From: Candidatus Doudnabacteria bacterium RIFCSPHIGHO2_01_48_18
GTDB lineage: Bacteria > Patescibacteriota > Doudnabacteria > UBA920 > 2-01-FULL-46-14
Length of the DNA stretch: 64,000 bases
NCBI GenBank assembly: GCA_001777515.1
Contig: MFEF01000002.1
Coordinates: 5,354 to 69,353, forward strand
Reading direction: 5' to 3'
This document shows positions 27,189 through 37,452 of this stretch, piece after piece. The position numbers and the translations under genes were made by a program. The notes beneath the pieces were generated by a model, which did no database searches, had not been told where the DNA came from, and worked only from the letters and a program-made list of their open reading frames with translations. How positions within the stretch are numbered: the first letter of the stretch is position 1; every line of letters begins with the position of its first letter.

Positions 27189-28517
27189 ATGACACTAGGC
27201 GATCTAAAAACCGGCAAAGTTGCTGTTTTAGGCATGGGTGTAAATCACGAGGCGCTGGCCAAATATCTGCAAAAACAAGGGGTCAGCTTTCAGGTGATTG
27301 ACGGCTGGAAAACAGATGCAGAGCTCGCAGAGCGTTTGTCGGGCTTTGATATTATTTTTCGGACGCCAGGTGTGCCTTTTTTTTCGAAATCAATACAAAC
27401 CCTGAAGCGGAGGGGGGCGAAGATCTACAGTCAGACCAAGCTTTTTTTTGATTTGTGCCAGGCGCCGATTATCGGTGTCACCGGAACAAAAGGCAAAGGC
27501 ACAACTTCGACCTTAATTTTTAAGATTCTGGAGGCGGCCGCCCTTCGACAAGCTCATGGCCGCAAGGTGTACCTTGCGGGAAATATCGGACGAGATCCAT
27601 TCGAGTTTATTGATAAGCTGACTCCAAACGATTTTGTCATTCTTGAACTCTCCAGCTTTCAACTCCAAGATCTCCATAAAAGTCCCCACATTGCTGTTGT
27701 ATTGAAAATAACTCCGGAACATCTCGATCACCATCAAGACCTCGCTGAATATATTGAAGCAAAAACCTCGATCGTTAGATTCCAATCCGCGTCAGATTTC
27801 GCGGTATTGAGCTATGATTCAGAAAGCACTCGGACATTCGCCGGTAAAACAAAGGCGCGGATTGTTTGGAATTCGATCAAGCAAGAAGTAAAACCCGGAT
27901 GCTACGCTACAGATCGGAAAATTTTTTTGAACGGTGAAATTGTGGCGAAAACAGCAGAAGTCGCCCTGCTGGGAAGGTTTAACCTAGAAAACGTCACCGC
28001 GGCGATAGCGGCTGCCGCAGCCGCAGGTGTGACTGATGGTACAACAATCAAGAAAGCGATTTCCGAGTTCCGGGGATTGCCACATCGTTTAGAATTTATT
28101 GCTGAAATTGGGAAGGTAAAATTTTACAATGATTCTTTTGCCACCACACCCGAAACCACGGTTGCCGCGTTGACAGCTTTTGCAGATCCTATAGTTTTGA
28201 TCGCTGGCGGATCAGAAAAAAAATCTGACTATGCAGAGCTTGGCAAGAAAATCGCGGAATCAAAGGTCAAGACTCTTATCGCCATCGGCGTGACCGGGCC
28301 GAAGATCGCAAAGCTTGCCAGAGACGCGGGTTTTGCCGGAAAAATATTTGATACTGGACTCAATGACATGGAACAGATAATTGCCAAGGCCAACGAAGCC
28401 GCAGATCCCGGAGATGTGGTTTTGCTTTCACCAGCCTCGGCAAGCTTTGACATGTTTGACAATTATAAACAGCGGGGCGAGCTTTTTAGTAAATTCGTAT
28501 CAAAACTTGCGAAATAA
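27189..28517 (+). CDS. murD: UDP-MurNAc-L-Ala-D-Glu ligase
   Basis: GVTGTKGKGTT, LELSSFQL, HRLE, NDS, LSPASASFD. Confidence 0.96.
   Translation: MTLGDLKTGKVAVLGMGVNHEALAKYLQKQGVSFQVIDGWKTDAELAERLSGFDIIFRTPGVPFFSKSIQTLKRRGAKIYSQTKLFFDLCQAPIIGVTGTKGKGTTSTLIFKILEAAALRQAHGRKVYLAGNIGRDPFEFIDKLTPNDFVILELSSFQLQDLHKSPHIAVVLKITPEHLDHHQDLAEYIEAKTSIVRFQSASDFAVLSYDSESTRTFAGKTKARIVWNSIKQEVKPGCYATDRKIFLNGEIVAKTAEVALLGRFNLENVTAAIAAAAAAGVTDGTTIKKAISEFRGLPHRLEFIAEIGKVKFYNDSFATTPETTVAALTAFADPIVLIAGGSEKKSDYAELGKKIAESKVKTLIAIGVTGPKIAKLARDAGFAGKIFDTGLNDMEQIIAKANEAADPGDVVLLSPASASFDMFDNYKQRGELFSKFVSKLAK
27534..27563. repeat. Short palindromic REP-like element in frame (AALRQAHGR)
   Basis: GCGGCC-GCCCTTCGACAAGCTCAT-GGCCGC. 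Confidence 0.7.
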
Positions 28518-29619
28518 AATTACAGACAAATACTGGAAAAAACCGGATCAAACTTTGCTTGGTGTAGTGTTATTGCTGCTTCTGATTGGCCTAGCGGCCG
28601 TGTCCTCGGCTTCCAGCGTGCTGTCTTTTCAGCGGTTTGGCCACAATAACTATTATTTTTTCCGACAAATCGGGTTCGTAACAGTGGGGCTGCTGGCGCT
28701 CTTTATTTTTAGCAGGATTGATTATCATTTTTGGAAAAAGAAAGCCCGTCTGCTCCTCATCGGATCAGTCCTTGTCCTTGGATTGGTTTTGGTCCCTGGC
28801 CTTGGGTTTAAAAGCGGGGGAACGACAGCGTGGTTTTCAATCGGGGCTTTTTTGCTGCAACCGTCGGAATTTGTGAAACTGTCTCTTGTATTTTATCTTG
28901 CTTACTGGTTTGATCGTAAGGTGGGAGCGGAAAGCAATTTTTGGTTTGGAATATTGCCTCCATTGTCTGTAGCCGCCGGCCTTGTGGGATTGCTGCTTCT
29001 GCAGCCAGACCTGGGTACAGCAATTGTTTACGCAATCATCACATTCGTGATTTTATTTGTTGCCGGAACAAAATACAAATATTTGTTCGGGCTCGCGGCA
29101 GCCGCGGGTGTTGCTTTGTGGTTTGTTGTGCAGACCGCACCATACCGTATAGCCCGCATAACGGCTTTTTTGAACCCCAAACTTGATCCCCAGGGCATCG
29201 GGTACCACATTACTCAGGCTTTGATTGCGATTGGTTCAGGAGGGCTATGGGGATATGGCTTTGGCGCGTCAAGGCAAAAACACAACTATTTGCCGGAATC
29301 GATCGGCGACTCCATATTTGCTGTTATGGCAGAAGAACTGGGTTTTGTACGGATCCTTGTTATTGTTCTGCTGTTTACGGCGTTTGCAATATTGGGACTG
29401 CGGATTGCGAAGCTTGCCCCAGACCGGTTCGGACAGCTTGCTGCCGTGGGAATAACCGGCTGGATAGTTTTTCAGGCAATGGTTAATATGGGCGCGATTT
29501 CCAACCTTTTGCCTCTAACCGGCATCACTTTGCCATTTATCAGCTACGGCGGTTCATCGCTGCTGGCATTGTCTGTGGCAACTGGGGTTTTGCTGAATAT
29601 TTCGAGACAACGGGCATAA
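28507..29619 (+). CDS. ftsW: SEDS peptidoglycan glycosyltransferase FtsW (start approximate)
   Basis: QPSEFVK, QPDLGT, AIGSGG, LPFISYGGSS; follows murD. Confidence 0.93.
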   Translation: MRNKITDKYWKKPDQTLLGVVLLLLLIGLAAVSSASSVLSFQRFGHNNYYFFRQIGFVTVGLLALFIFSRIDYHFWKKKARLLLIGSVLVLGLVLVPGLGFKSGGTTAWFSIGAFLLQPSEFVKLSLVFYLAYWFDRKVGAESNFWFGILPPLSVAAGLVGLLLLQPDLGTAIVYAIITFVILFVAGTKYKYLFGLAAAAGVALWFVVQTAPYRIARITAFLNPKLDPQGIGYHITQALIAIGSGGLWGYGFGASRQKHNYLPESIGDSIFAVMAEELGFVRILVIVLLFTAFAILGLRIAKLAPDRFGQLAAVGITGWIVFQAMVNMGAISNLLPLTGITLPFISYGGSSLLALSVATGVLLNISRQRA

Positions 29620-29638
29620 ATGGTATAATTTATAAACT

Positions 29639-31606
29639 GTGAAAACCGTCCAAAAAAAGCTCCAAGAGCTAAAAATTCAGATTCTAGAGCGGGAAAATCG
29701 GCAGCAGCCAATGCTGACAAATTCGCGTCTGTTTTTTTCGCGGTTCGGGTTTGGGTATCCTTTAACGCGACTTAAGAATTTGGCAATTTTCATTGTTGGC
29801 AGCGCGTTATGTATCGGAGCTTTCGCAGGGATATCAGAGATTTCTTCTGGAATACATTTTTCAAAAAAAGTTTTAGGCGAAGCAACAATCGGTCTTGAGT
29901 TTCTAGAAGAGCAAAATATAGCCGCAGCGCGCGAGCAGTTTTTTCGCGCTAGGCAAAGCATTGAAAGTTCCGGCGAAATCTTGGTCAAAGCTGCCCAAGT
30001 TTCACCTCTTGGTCAGGAAATGGATGAGCTGTTTGCGGCCTCCACATACATTTTAAATGCGCTTGAGAGACTGAAGCAGGCAAATTTCACCGACAGTTTG
30101 AGCCTCAAATGGGATATCGGAGCCAACTCTTCTTCTCAGGATTTTTACGTCAATCTTAAACAGGCACGCCAAGTCTGGATGACAGCCAGTGATGAAATCC
30201 GCGCGGCCGATGAAATCCTTGCCTCAATCCCGGCAGATGTCCTCCCCAGCGATATTCGGAAAAAAGCAAAAGACGGAAGACAGCTTTTGTCAGATGGCTT
30301 GATCGGCCTTGATCAGGCGATTAGTTTTAGTGATTTTGTTCTAACCCTCCTTGGTGGAGAAAAGAAAACTTATCTTTTAGTTTTTCAAAATAACAACGAG
30401 GCGCGCGCCACTGGCGGTTTCATCGGCACCTACGGATTGCTCGAACTAGGCAATGGAACCTTGAAGATAAATAAAATCGAATCTATTTACGCCTTGGACG
30501 GTCAGCTCAAGGAAGCCATTGCCGCGCCAGGACCCATGCAGCGGCTGGTCACTCCTTTTTGGGGTATGCGCGATAGCAACTGGTTTGCGGATTTTCCCAC
30601 CTCAAGCCGCAAAATGCTGCAGTTCTTGGAAAAGGAAAGCGGCGTCCTGGCAGAAGGGGTGATTTCTTTTACTCCTGATTTTTTTGAAGAAGTTCTCAAG
30701 CTCACTGGTCCTGTGGCCATGCCCGAATATGGGGAGGTTTTGACTGCGGATAATTTTCGCGACGTGGTCCAGTACAAAACTTCGATTGATTATGATCGGC
30801 AGCTCAACGAGCCCAAAAAGTTTTTGTCTGATTTCACACCCAAGCTTCTATCGAAGCTCCAGAATTTCAACGAAGAACAGCGCGTACAGTTTGCGCAGAT
30901 TTTTCGGAAGGCGGTAGCGGAAAAGCATTTTATGTTGTTCTCGCTTGACCCGAAGCTGCAGGAACGGATTTTAGATTTTAATGCCGCTGGAAACGTAAAA
31001 AAAACCGGAGGAGATTATCTTTCGATTGTTCATAGCAACGTCGGCGGCGGCAAAACTGACCAGGGGATAGCGCAAAGCGTGGACAAGACCGTCGAAATCG
31101 ATGCTTTGGGAAGACAAACTGTTACGCTCCGGATAACGCGCAGTCACGAAGCCATGAATGAAAAATATTTCCCGACCAATGTTGATTTTATGAGAGTGTT
31201 CGTACCGGAAGGATCGAAAATCATCAGTGTTTCCGGTTTTGACCATGCCCCCATGCCCGCGTCCTCTAGGGCTGGAGCCGCTACTGACACAGATTTAAAT
31301 TTTTGGGACATTGGCATCAGGCAGGACATGAATACCAAGATTTATGTTGGCCGCGAGTCAGGTTATACGGTTTTTATGGATTGGCTGATTCTGGAGCAAG
31401 GACAGACAAAAACCGTTGAGCTGAAATACCAGCTTCCAATCCTAAACCGGCGGTACTCGCAGCTTTTGCAGAAACAGCCTGGCGCGAGAGAATTTCAATT
31501 TACCTTGAAAGTACGAGGGATAGAAAACCCTGTGTTTGTTTATCCTGAGGAATGGAAAACTGAAACAGTCGACGAGGACCGGCTCTACGCGGTAATCGGA
31601 GAGTAA
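29639..31606 (+). CDS. DUF4012 domain protein
   Basis: YLLVFQNNNEARATGGFIG, RDSNWFADFP. Confidence 0.85.
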   Translation: MKTVQKKLQELKIQILERENRQQPMLTNSRLFFSRFGFGYPLTRLKNLAIFIVGSALCIGAFAGISEISSGIHFSKKVLGEATIGLEFLEEQNIAAAREQFFRARQSIESSGEILVKAAQVSPLGQEMDELFAASTYILNALERLKQANFTDSLSLKWDIGANSSSQDFYVNLKQARQVWMTASDEIRAADEILASIPADVLPSDIRKKAKDGRQLLSDGLIGLDQAISFSDFVLTLLGGEKKTYLLVFQNNNEARATGGFIGTYGLLELGNGTLKINKIESIYALDGQLKEAIAAPGPMQRLVTPFWGMRDSNWFADFPTSSRKMLQFLEKESGVLAEGVISFTPDFFEEVLKLTGPVAMPEYGEVLTADNFRDVVQYKTSIDYDRQLNEPKKFLSDFTPKLLSKLQNFNEEQRVQFAQIFRKAVAEKHFMLFSLDPKLQERILDFNAAGNVKKTGGDYLSIVHSNVGGGKTDQGIAQSVDKTVEIDALGRQTVTLRITRSHEAMNEKYFPTNVDFMRVFVPEGSKIISVSGFDHAPMPASSRAGAATDTDLNFWDIGIRQDMNTKIYVGRESGYTVFMDWLILEQGQTKTVELKYQLPILNRRYSQLLQKQPGAREFQFTLKVRGIENPVFVYPEEWKTETVDEDRLYAVIGE

Positions 31607-31607
31607 A

Positions 31608-33206
31608 ATGTCTTCGATATTGCGTTCAACAATTTTTATTGCCATTTTTACCATTCTCACCAAGATTCTGGGATTGGCAAAGTTTATCGTGCTTTCAAAC
31701 CGATTCGGCGCGGGGCGCGAGACTGATATATTCTTTGCGGCATTTCGTGTGCCGGATTTTATTTTCAATCTCCTGATCGCCGGAACCCTGTCCGTCGCGT
31801 TCATTCCAGTATTTGTGTCCTATCTCGGGCGGGATCGGCGGCAAGCATTTGTTTTAGCTTCTACCGTATTCAACCTGACACTGCTTGTTATGAGCAGTTT
31901 TGCTTTGCTGGGCTTCGTCTTTGCGCCAGTGCTCGTCGGGCTTATTGCTCCCGGGTTTGACGCGGATGCGCGCGCAGAAACAATTACGATTACTCGCATT
32001 CTCATGCTTTCTCCCTTGATTTTTAGTCTATCCAGCATCCTCACCAGTATTTTGCATTCATTCAAACGTTTCTATATCGCCGCTGTTTCGCCGATTTTTT
32101 ATAACCTGGCCATCATTCTCGGAATCATATACCTTTACCCGCGACACGGATTCATTGGAGTAGTTTGGGGAGTCATCGCTGGTGCCATGCTGCATTTTTT
32201 GATTCAGCTGCCGGCCAGCATTCGTCTTGGTCTGGTTCCGCTGCGCCATTTGGATCTGGGACACGCAGGCGTTAAAAAAATCGGCAAATTATTTTTGCCG
32301 CGGATTTTAGGAATTGATTTGGGTCAAATAAGTCTCCTCGTCGCCTCCATCATCGGTAGCACCATGGCTGTCGGTAGCATCGCGCAATTTACTTACGCCT
32401 ATGACCTGGAGACACTTCCCTTGGGCGTGTTTGCCATAGCGTTTGCCGTAACAGCGTTTCCGGTTCTGTCCGAATATGCAAGCAAGAATGACATCAGCGG
32501 TTTTCGAACATTTTTGTCAAAGACTATGGTCCAACTGCTTTTTTTGATTATTCCTCTGTCAGTGTCTATGCTGATTTTAAGGGCGCAAATTGTGCGGCTT
32601 ATCTTCGGTGCGCTTCAGGGAACAAAATTTACTTTTGAAGACACGAGAATTACGGCTTATACTCTCGGATTTTTTGCGATCTCATTGTTTGCGCAGGCCC
32701 TTATCCCGCTGCTGGCTCGCAGTTTTTACGCACTCCAAAACACCATCATTCCTGTCGCGGCTGGAGCGCTGGCAGCTGTATTCAACATCATCCTGGCCTT
32801 TATTTTTACTCGTCGGTTCGGAGTTCCTTCTATGGCCTTGGCATTTTCCATTGCCGCCATTCTTGATATGATCGTGCTGTTTCTGATCCTTCGCCGCCGG
32901 CTCGGCAACGATTTAAATGATGATTTTCTATTTTTACGCGTCTTAAAAATTTGTATCGCGTCAGTGGTAATGGGTACTATTTCTTATGGCGCGCTATACG
33001 CGATCGCGCCTCTTGTGAATATGCAGACCTATCTCGGGATCCTTTTGCAGGCCGCAGGTTCGCTTTTGCTCGGGGGTGTCGCCTATCTTTTTGCCGGGCT
33101 AGTGATCCGGCTTCCTGAGGCTGGCGAGTTTGTGGGCGTGCTCAAGACATGGTTTGCCAAATTTTCCAAGCCAGTGGTCTCCGCTGTGGAAAATTTGTTC
33201 CAGTAA
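31608..33206 (+). CDS. murJ: Lipid II flippase MurJ/MviN
   Basis: FFAAFRVPDFIFNLL, AFIPVF, many TMs. Confidence 0.93.
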   Translation: MSSILRSTIFIAIFTILTKILGLAKFIVLSNRFGAGRETDIFFAAFRVPDFIFNLLIAGTLSVAFIPVFVSYLGRDRRQAFVLASTVFNLTLLVMSSFALLGFVFAPVLVGLIAPGFDADARAETITITRILMLSPLIFSLSSILTSILHSFKRFYIAAVSPIFYNLAIILGIIYLYPRHGFIGVVWGVIAGAMLHFLIQLPASIRLGLVPLRHLDLGHAGVKKIGKLFLPRILGIDLGQISLLVASIIGSTMAVGSIAQFTYAYDLETLPLGVFAIAFAVTAFPVLSEYASKNDISGFRTFLSKTMVQLLFLIIPLSVSMLILRAQIVRLIFGALQGTKFTFEDTRITAYTLGFFAISLFAQALIPLLARSFYALQNTIIPVAAGALAAVFNIILAFIFTRRFGVPSMALAFSIAAILDMIVLFLILRRRLGNDLNDDFLFLRVLKICIASVVMGTISYGALYAIAPLVNMQTYLGILLQAAGSLLLGGVAYLFAGLVIRLPEAGEFVGVLKTWFAKFSKPVVSAVENLFQ

Positions 33207-33212
33207 AGGGGA

Positions 33213-33241
33213 TTGACACAAAGCGCTGCTGTGAGTAAAAT
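33213..33241 (+). promoter_or_regulatory. Sigma70 promoter of greA
   Basis: TTGACA-17nt-TAAAAT. Confidence 0.8.
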
Positions 33242-33251
33242 CTAATTTATT

Positions 33252-33713
33252 ATGTCAAAGAAACATCTTTTAACTGCAGAGGGTTTAGAGAAATTAAAGA
33301 AAGAGTTGGAGCTTCTTACGGGTCAGCGACGCAAAGAGGTGATTGAGCGCATCCAGGAAGCAGTCGCGCACGGCGATCTTTCCGAAAACGCTGACTATGC
33401 GCAAGCCAAAGAAGAGCAATCATTCATCGAAGGACGTATTCAGGAGCTTGAGGAGATTCTCAAAAACGCGGAGATCATAAAATCTAATGGTCACAGCAAT
33501 ATTGTGGCAGTCGGATCTACAGTAAAGGTCAATGTTAATGGCGGTGAGAGAACTTATACGATCGTCGGCTCCAACGAAGCCAATCCTGCTGCCGGTAGAA
33601 TCTCCAATGAATCTGTGGTAGGCCAGAAGCTGCTTGGTTTGAAAAAAGGGGATAAGGTGGAGATCGAAACTCCAGGCGGAAAATCAGTTTACGAAGTTTT
33701 GGAAATTTCGTAA
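33252..33713 (+). CDS. greA: Transcription elongation factor GreA
   Basis: HGDLSENADY, ISNESVVG. Confidence 0.97.
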   Translation: MSKKHLLTAEGLEKLKKELELLTGQRRKEVIERIQEAVAHGDLSENADYAQAKEEQSFIEGRIQELEEILKNAEIIKSNGHSNIVAVGSTVKVNVNGGERTYTIVGSNEANPAAGRISNESVVGQKLLGLKKGDKVEIETPGGKSVYEVLEIS

Positions 33714-33730
33714 ATCACTTGAAATACATC

Positions 33731-33766
33731 GAGCCAACAGCTGAAAGCTGTTGGCTCTTGGTTTTT
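33731..33766 (+). terminator. Terminator after greA
   Basis: GAGCCAACAGCT-GAA-AGCTGTTGGCTC then TTGGTTTTT. Confidence 0.8.
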
Positions 33767-33787
33767 GGGTAGGTTCCCCGGACTCTT

Positions 33788-34036
33788 TTATTCCTGCTTG
33801 ACGCTCGCAGGCGGTACGCCCGTGGTCCAGTCTTCGACGAGCCCCAATTCTTTCATGCGGATGATGCAGGGTGCAATACCTGCAGGCGGGAGTCCGGCGT
33901 CGAGGGCCGTACGGAGATTCGCTGCGACCTGTTCGAGAGCATCTTCAGCAGCAGATTTTCTCGTGTCAGGAGTCAATCTCTCAAATTCATCCAAAATACG
34001 TCCAACTTCTCTTAGAGCCAGTTCAGTGATGTTCAC
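33788..34036 (-). CDS. Small hypothetical protein
   Basis: SD AAGGAGG before GTG; helical composition; lies between greA and lysS. Confidence 0.6.
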   Translation of the reverse strand: MNITELALREVGRILDEFERLTPDTRKSAAEDALEQVAANLRTALDAGLPPAGIAPCIIRMKELGLVEDWTTGVPPASVKQE

Positions 34037-34128
34037 AGTTCCTCCTTACTTAGTACTCTTAATGCTTCTCAAATAACAGCGCAATTTATTGTTTATTGGT
34101 GGTTTATGGTATAATTTGAATTACATTT

Positions 34129-35589
34129 ATGACGGAAAAAGAAGAGAAACTCTATCAGGACCGGCTCAAAAAACTCGAGACCCTGAAAAAAGCAGGCATT
34201 GATCCTTACCCTGCCGAGGCTGCTCGTGACCACAGCGTGGCCGAAGTTTTGGCAGATTTTGCCAAGCTCTCCAAAGGCAGGAAAAAGATTACGCTTGTGG
34301 GACGAATAAAAGCGCTGCGCGTTCATGGCGGTTTGGTTTTTGGCAATATTGAGGACGGTTCAGGTTCCATGCAGTTTATGCTGCGGGAGGAAGATTTAGG
34401 CAAAGACAAGCTGGAGCTGTTTGCCAATTTTGACATGGGTGATTTTTTTGCAGCTACAGGATCATTGATCGAAACCAAACGCGGCGAAAAAACTTTACTG
34501 CTTTCCGAATTTAAAATGCTAACCAAGAGCCTGAGAGCGCTGCCTGATCAGTTTCACGGCCTGAAAGACACGGAAACCAGACTGCGCAAGCGCTACCTCG
34601 ATTTGCTTGCTAACCCAGAGGTCAGAGAGATGTTCAGAAAAAAATCTGTGTTTTGGAATACAGTAAGAGAGTATTTGGTTAAGCGCGGATTTTTGGAGGT
34701 TGAAACGCCAGTGCTCGAAGCAGTACCAGGCGGCGCAGAAGCCGAGCCATTCATTACGCACCATAACGCGCTTGCTCGTGATTTTTATCTGCGCATTTCC
34801 CTGGAGCTTCCTCTGAAGCGTCTGCTTGTCGGCGGCTATGAAAAAGTTTTTGAAATCGGCCGTATCTTCCGCAACGAAGGAATTTCGACTGAGCATCTTC
34901 AGGATTATACGCAGATGGAATTTTACTGGGCTTACGCAGATTACAATGATTTGATGGGAATGCTTGGAGAGCTTTATCCGCAAATCGTAAAGAATTTATT
35001 TGGCACTACTAAGGTTACGAATCAAAGCGTGGAAATTGACTGGGGCAAAAAATGGAAACGATATGATTATTACGATCTCTTCCAGGAGCATACTGGGATA
35101 GATCTTTCGAAAACCACTGTAGCAGAGTTAAAAGCAAAAGCTGAACAGCTCAAAATCAGGTACGAAAAATTTGCTGATAAGGGTAGGCTCATTGATTTGA
35201 TTTACAAAAAGACGGTTAGACCGAAATTGATTGAGCCGGGATTTCTTCTAGACCCTCCTGTGGAAATCGAGCCGCTTGCCAAACGAACTCCCAAAGACCC
35301 CAATAGAGTCGAGCGGGTTCAGGTTATGGCATGGGGCACTGAGCTTGGAAAAGGATTTTCCGAACTCAATGATCCGATTGACCAGCGGGGCCGCTTTGAA
35401 GATCAAATGAAGCTTCGGGAGGCTGGCGACAAGGAAGCGCAGCAGCTTGACGAAGATTTTGTAGAAGCCCTGGAATTTGGCATGCCACCGGCTGCTGGTT
35501 TTGGCATGTCAGAGCGATTGTTCGCGGTACTAATGGATAAATCAGTCAGAGAGACAGTTATTTTCCCGCCGATGAAAGAAAGTAAATGA
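34129..35589 (+). CDS. lysS: Lysine-tRNA ligase (class II)
   Basis: RYLDL, YLRISLEL, FRNEG, GMPPAAGFG. Confidence 0.97.
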   Translation: MTEKEEKLYQDRLKKLETLKKAGIDPYPAEAARDHSVAEVLADFAKLSKGRKKITLVGRIKALRVHGGLVFGNIEDGSGSMQFMLREEDLGKDKLELFANFDMGDFFAATGSLIETKRGEKTLLLSEFKMLTKSLRALPDQFHGLKDTETRLRKRYLDLLANPEVREMFRKKSVFWNTVREYLVKRGFLEVETPVLEAVPGGAEAEPFITHHNALARDFYLRISLELPLKRLLVGGYEKVFEIGRIFRNEGISTEHLQDYTQMEFYWAYADYNDLMGMLGELYPQIVKNLFGTTKVTNQSVEIDWGKKWKRYDYYDLFQEHTGIDLSKTTVAELKAKAEQLKIRYEKFADKGRLIDLIYKKTVRPKLIEPGFLLDPPVEIEPLAKRTPKDPNRVERVQVMAWGTELGKGFSELNDPIDQRGRFEDQMKLREAGDKEAQQLDEDFVEALEFGMPPAAGFGMSERLFAVLMDKSVRETVIFPPMKESK

Positions 35590-36185
35590 AACTGCTGCTA
35601 GGGACCACCAATCCCGGAAAGATTGCGGATTACACGAAATATTTGCAGGATATGCGCCTCGAGATTGTCACTCTTAAGGATTTAGGACTGATTGTGGAAG
35701 AACCGCTGGAGATAGGAGAGACGTATAAGGACAACGCTCTTTTGAAAGCCAGATTTTACGCGGAGAGAACCGAATACCCGACGCTAGCTGATGACGGAGG
35801 GTTTGAGGCCGAAGCGCTCGATGGCTGGCCTGGCTTGGAAAGCAAGCGCTGGGTGGGGCCGCACGGCACAGACCAGGACAGAGTGAATAAGCTGATGGAA
35901 ATGATGAAGGGTGAGAAAAATCGCGGGGCCAAGCTAATTCTCACAGTGTGCGTCTATCTGCCTGCGGCACGGGAAGCGATATTCGTGGAAAACGCGATTG
36001 AAGGAATCATTCCAGAGAAGCCCGGTGCGAAGATGGTTGAAGGGTTTCCTTACCGCTCCGTGCTGTTTCTCCCGCAGTATAATAAATTTTACATCGATTT
36101 ATCTGGAGAAGAACACGAAGAAATCAATCACCGCAGGCAAGCTTGCAAAGAATTACTATTAAAACTTGAGCCGTATCTGAATTAG
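35586..36185 (+). CDS. Non-canonical purine NTP pyrophosphatase (Ham1/RdgB)
   Basis: TTNPGK, NALLKA, ADDGG, NHR. Confidence 0.9.
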   Translation: MKLLLGTTNPGKIADYTKYLQDMRLEIVTLKDLGLIVEEPLEIGETYKDNALLKARFYAERTEYPTLADDGGFEAEALDGWPGLESKRWVGPHGTDQDRVNKLMEMMKGEKNRGAKLILTVCVYLPAAREAIFVENAIEGIIPEKPGAKMVEGFPYRSVLFLPQYNKFYIDLSGEEHEEINHRRQACKELLLKLEPYLN

Positions 36186-36213
36186 TAACGAATAACAGAT
36201 AACGAGTAACAAA
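36186..36213 (+). repeat. Degenerate heptamer tandem (TAACRRR)x4
   Basis: TAACGAA TAACAGA TAACGAG TAACAAA fills the whole spacer before serS. Confidence 0.6.
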
Positions 36214-37452
36214 ATGCTAGATATCAAATTTATCAGAGAAAATCAGAAGCTCATTGAAAAAAATAACAAAGATCGAGGTGTGAAGCTTGATCTGGGAAGG
36301 CTTTTAGAATTGGACGAGAAACGGCGCGCACAGATCCACGAGATCGATTTGAAACGCGCGGAACTGAAAAAATCCTCCAAGGTAAAACCAGTACCCGACG
36401 AAATAAAAAAACTGAAAAAACTCGGTGAGACCATCAAGAAAACGGAAAGCGAGCTGGCAAAAACTGAAACCCAGTTCAAGGAACTTCTCCAGAAGGTGCC
36501 AAACCTTACGCACGCAGACGCTCCTGTTGGCGGCGAAAATGATTTCAAGATTCTCGAGACTGCTGGCAGGCCACCTAAATTTGATTTTAAAGCCAAGGAT
36601 CATGAACAGCTTCTCACTAATCTTGACCTGATTGATTTTGAACGCGGCGCAAAGGTCGCGGAAAGCAAATTTTATTTTGCCAAAAAAGATCTCGTGCGTT
36701 TGAACCAGTCATTGATCAGCTATGGGATTGATGTGCTTTCAGGCCATGGCTACACGCTTGTTGAGACTCCAGACCTTGCAAAAAATAAAATCTTGGAGGG
36801 AATTGGATTCAATCCGCGCGGTCCCGAGACCCAGGTCTATTCTGTAGAAAATACAGAGCTCAGCTTGATAGGTACCGCGGAAATAACAATGGGTGGATAT
36901 CACGCTGATGAGGTTTTGGATCTATCAAGGGGGGCGAAGCGATATGCCGCACTCTCTCACTGTTTTCGGACAGAGGCTGGCGCCTACGGCAAAGAGAGTA
37001 AAGGACTTTACCGCGTCCATCAATTTACAAAGCTGGAGATGTTCGTTTATTGCAAGCCAGAAGACAGCGAGGATATGCACGCAGAGCTTTTATCCATAGA
37101 AAAAGAAATTTGTGATGGATTAAAAATACCTTATCGTGTCATTGATATCGCTAGCGGAGATTTGGGGGCTCCCGCGTACCGTAAATACGACATCGAAGCG
37201 TGGATGGTTATAAAAAATGATTATGGGGAGATTACCAGCACCAGTAACTGTACTGATTATCAAGCCAGAAGACTGAATATCAAATACAAAAATCCTGACG
37301 GATCGAGCGAGTTTGTGCATACTCTAAATGGTACTGCGATTGTGACCAGCAGGTTTCCTTTGGCTATTGTCGAAAATCATCAGCAAAAGGATGGATCAGT
37401 CCGTTTACCAAAGATTTTGCAAAAATATATGGGTAAAGAGGAGATTCGATGA
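36214..37452 (+). CDS. serS: Serine-tRNA ligase
   Basis: MLDIKFIR, GTAE, FRTEAG, RVHQFTKLE, HTLNGTA. Confidence 0.97.
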   Translation: MLDIKFIRENQKLIEKNNKDRGVKLDLGRLLELDEKRRAQIHEIDLKRAELKKSSKVKPVPDEIKKLKKLGETIKKTESELAKTETQFKELLQKVPNLTHADAPVGGENDFKILETAGRPPKFDFKAKDHEQLLTNLDLIDFERGAKVAESKFYFAKKDLVRLNQSLISYGIDVLSGHGYTLVETPDLAKNKILEGIGFNPRGPETQVYSVENTELSLIGTAEITMGGYHADEVLDLSRGAKRYAALSHCFRTEAGAYGKESKGLYRVHQFTKLEMFVYCKPEDSEDMHAELLSIEKEICDGLKIPYRVIDIASGDLGAPAYRKYDIEAWMVIKNDYGEITSTSNCTDYQARRLNIKYKNPDGSSEFVHTLNGTAIVTSRFPLAIVENHQQKDGSVRLPKILQKYMGKEEIR

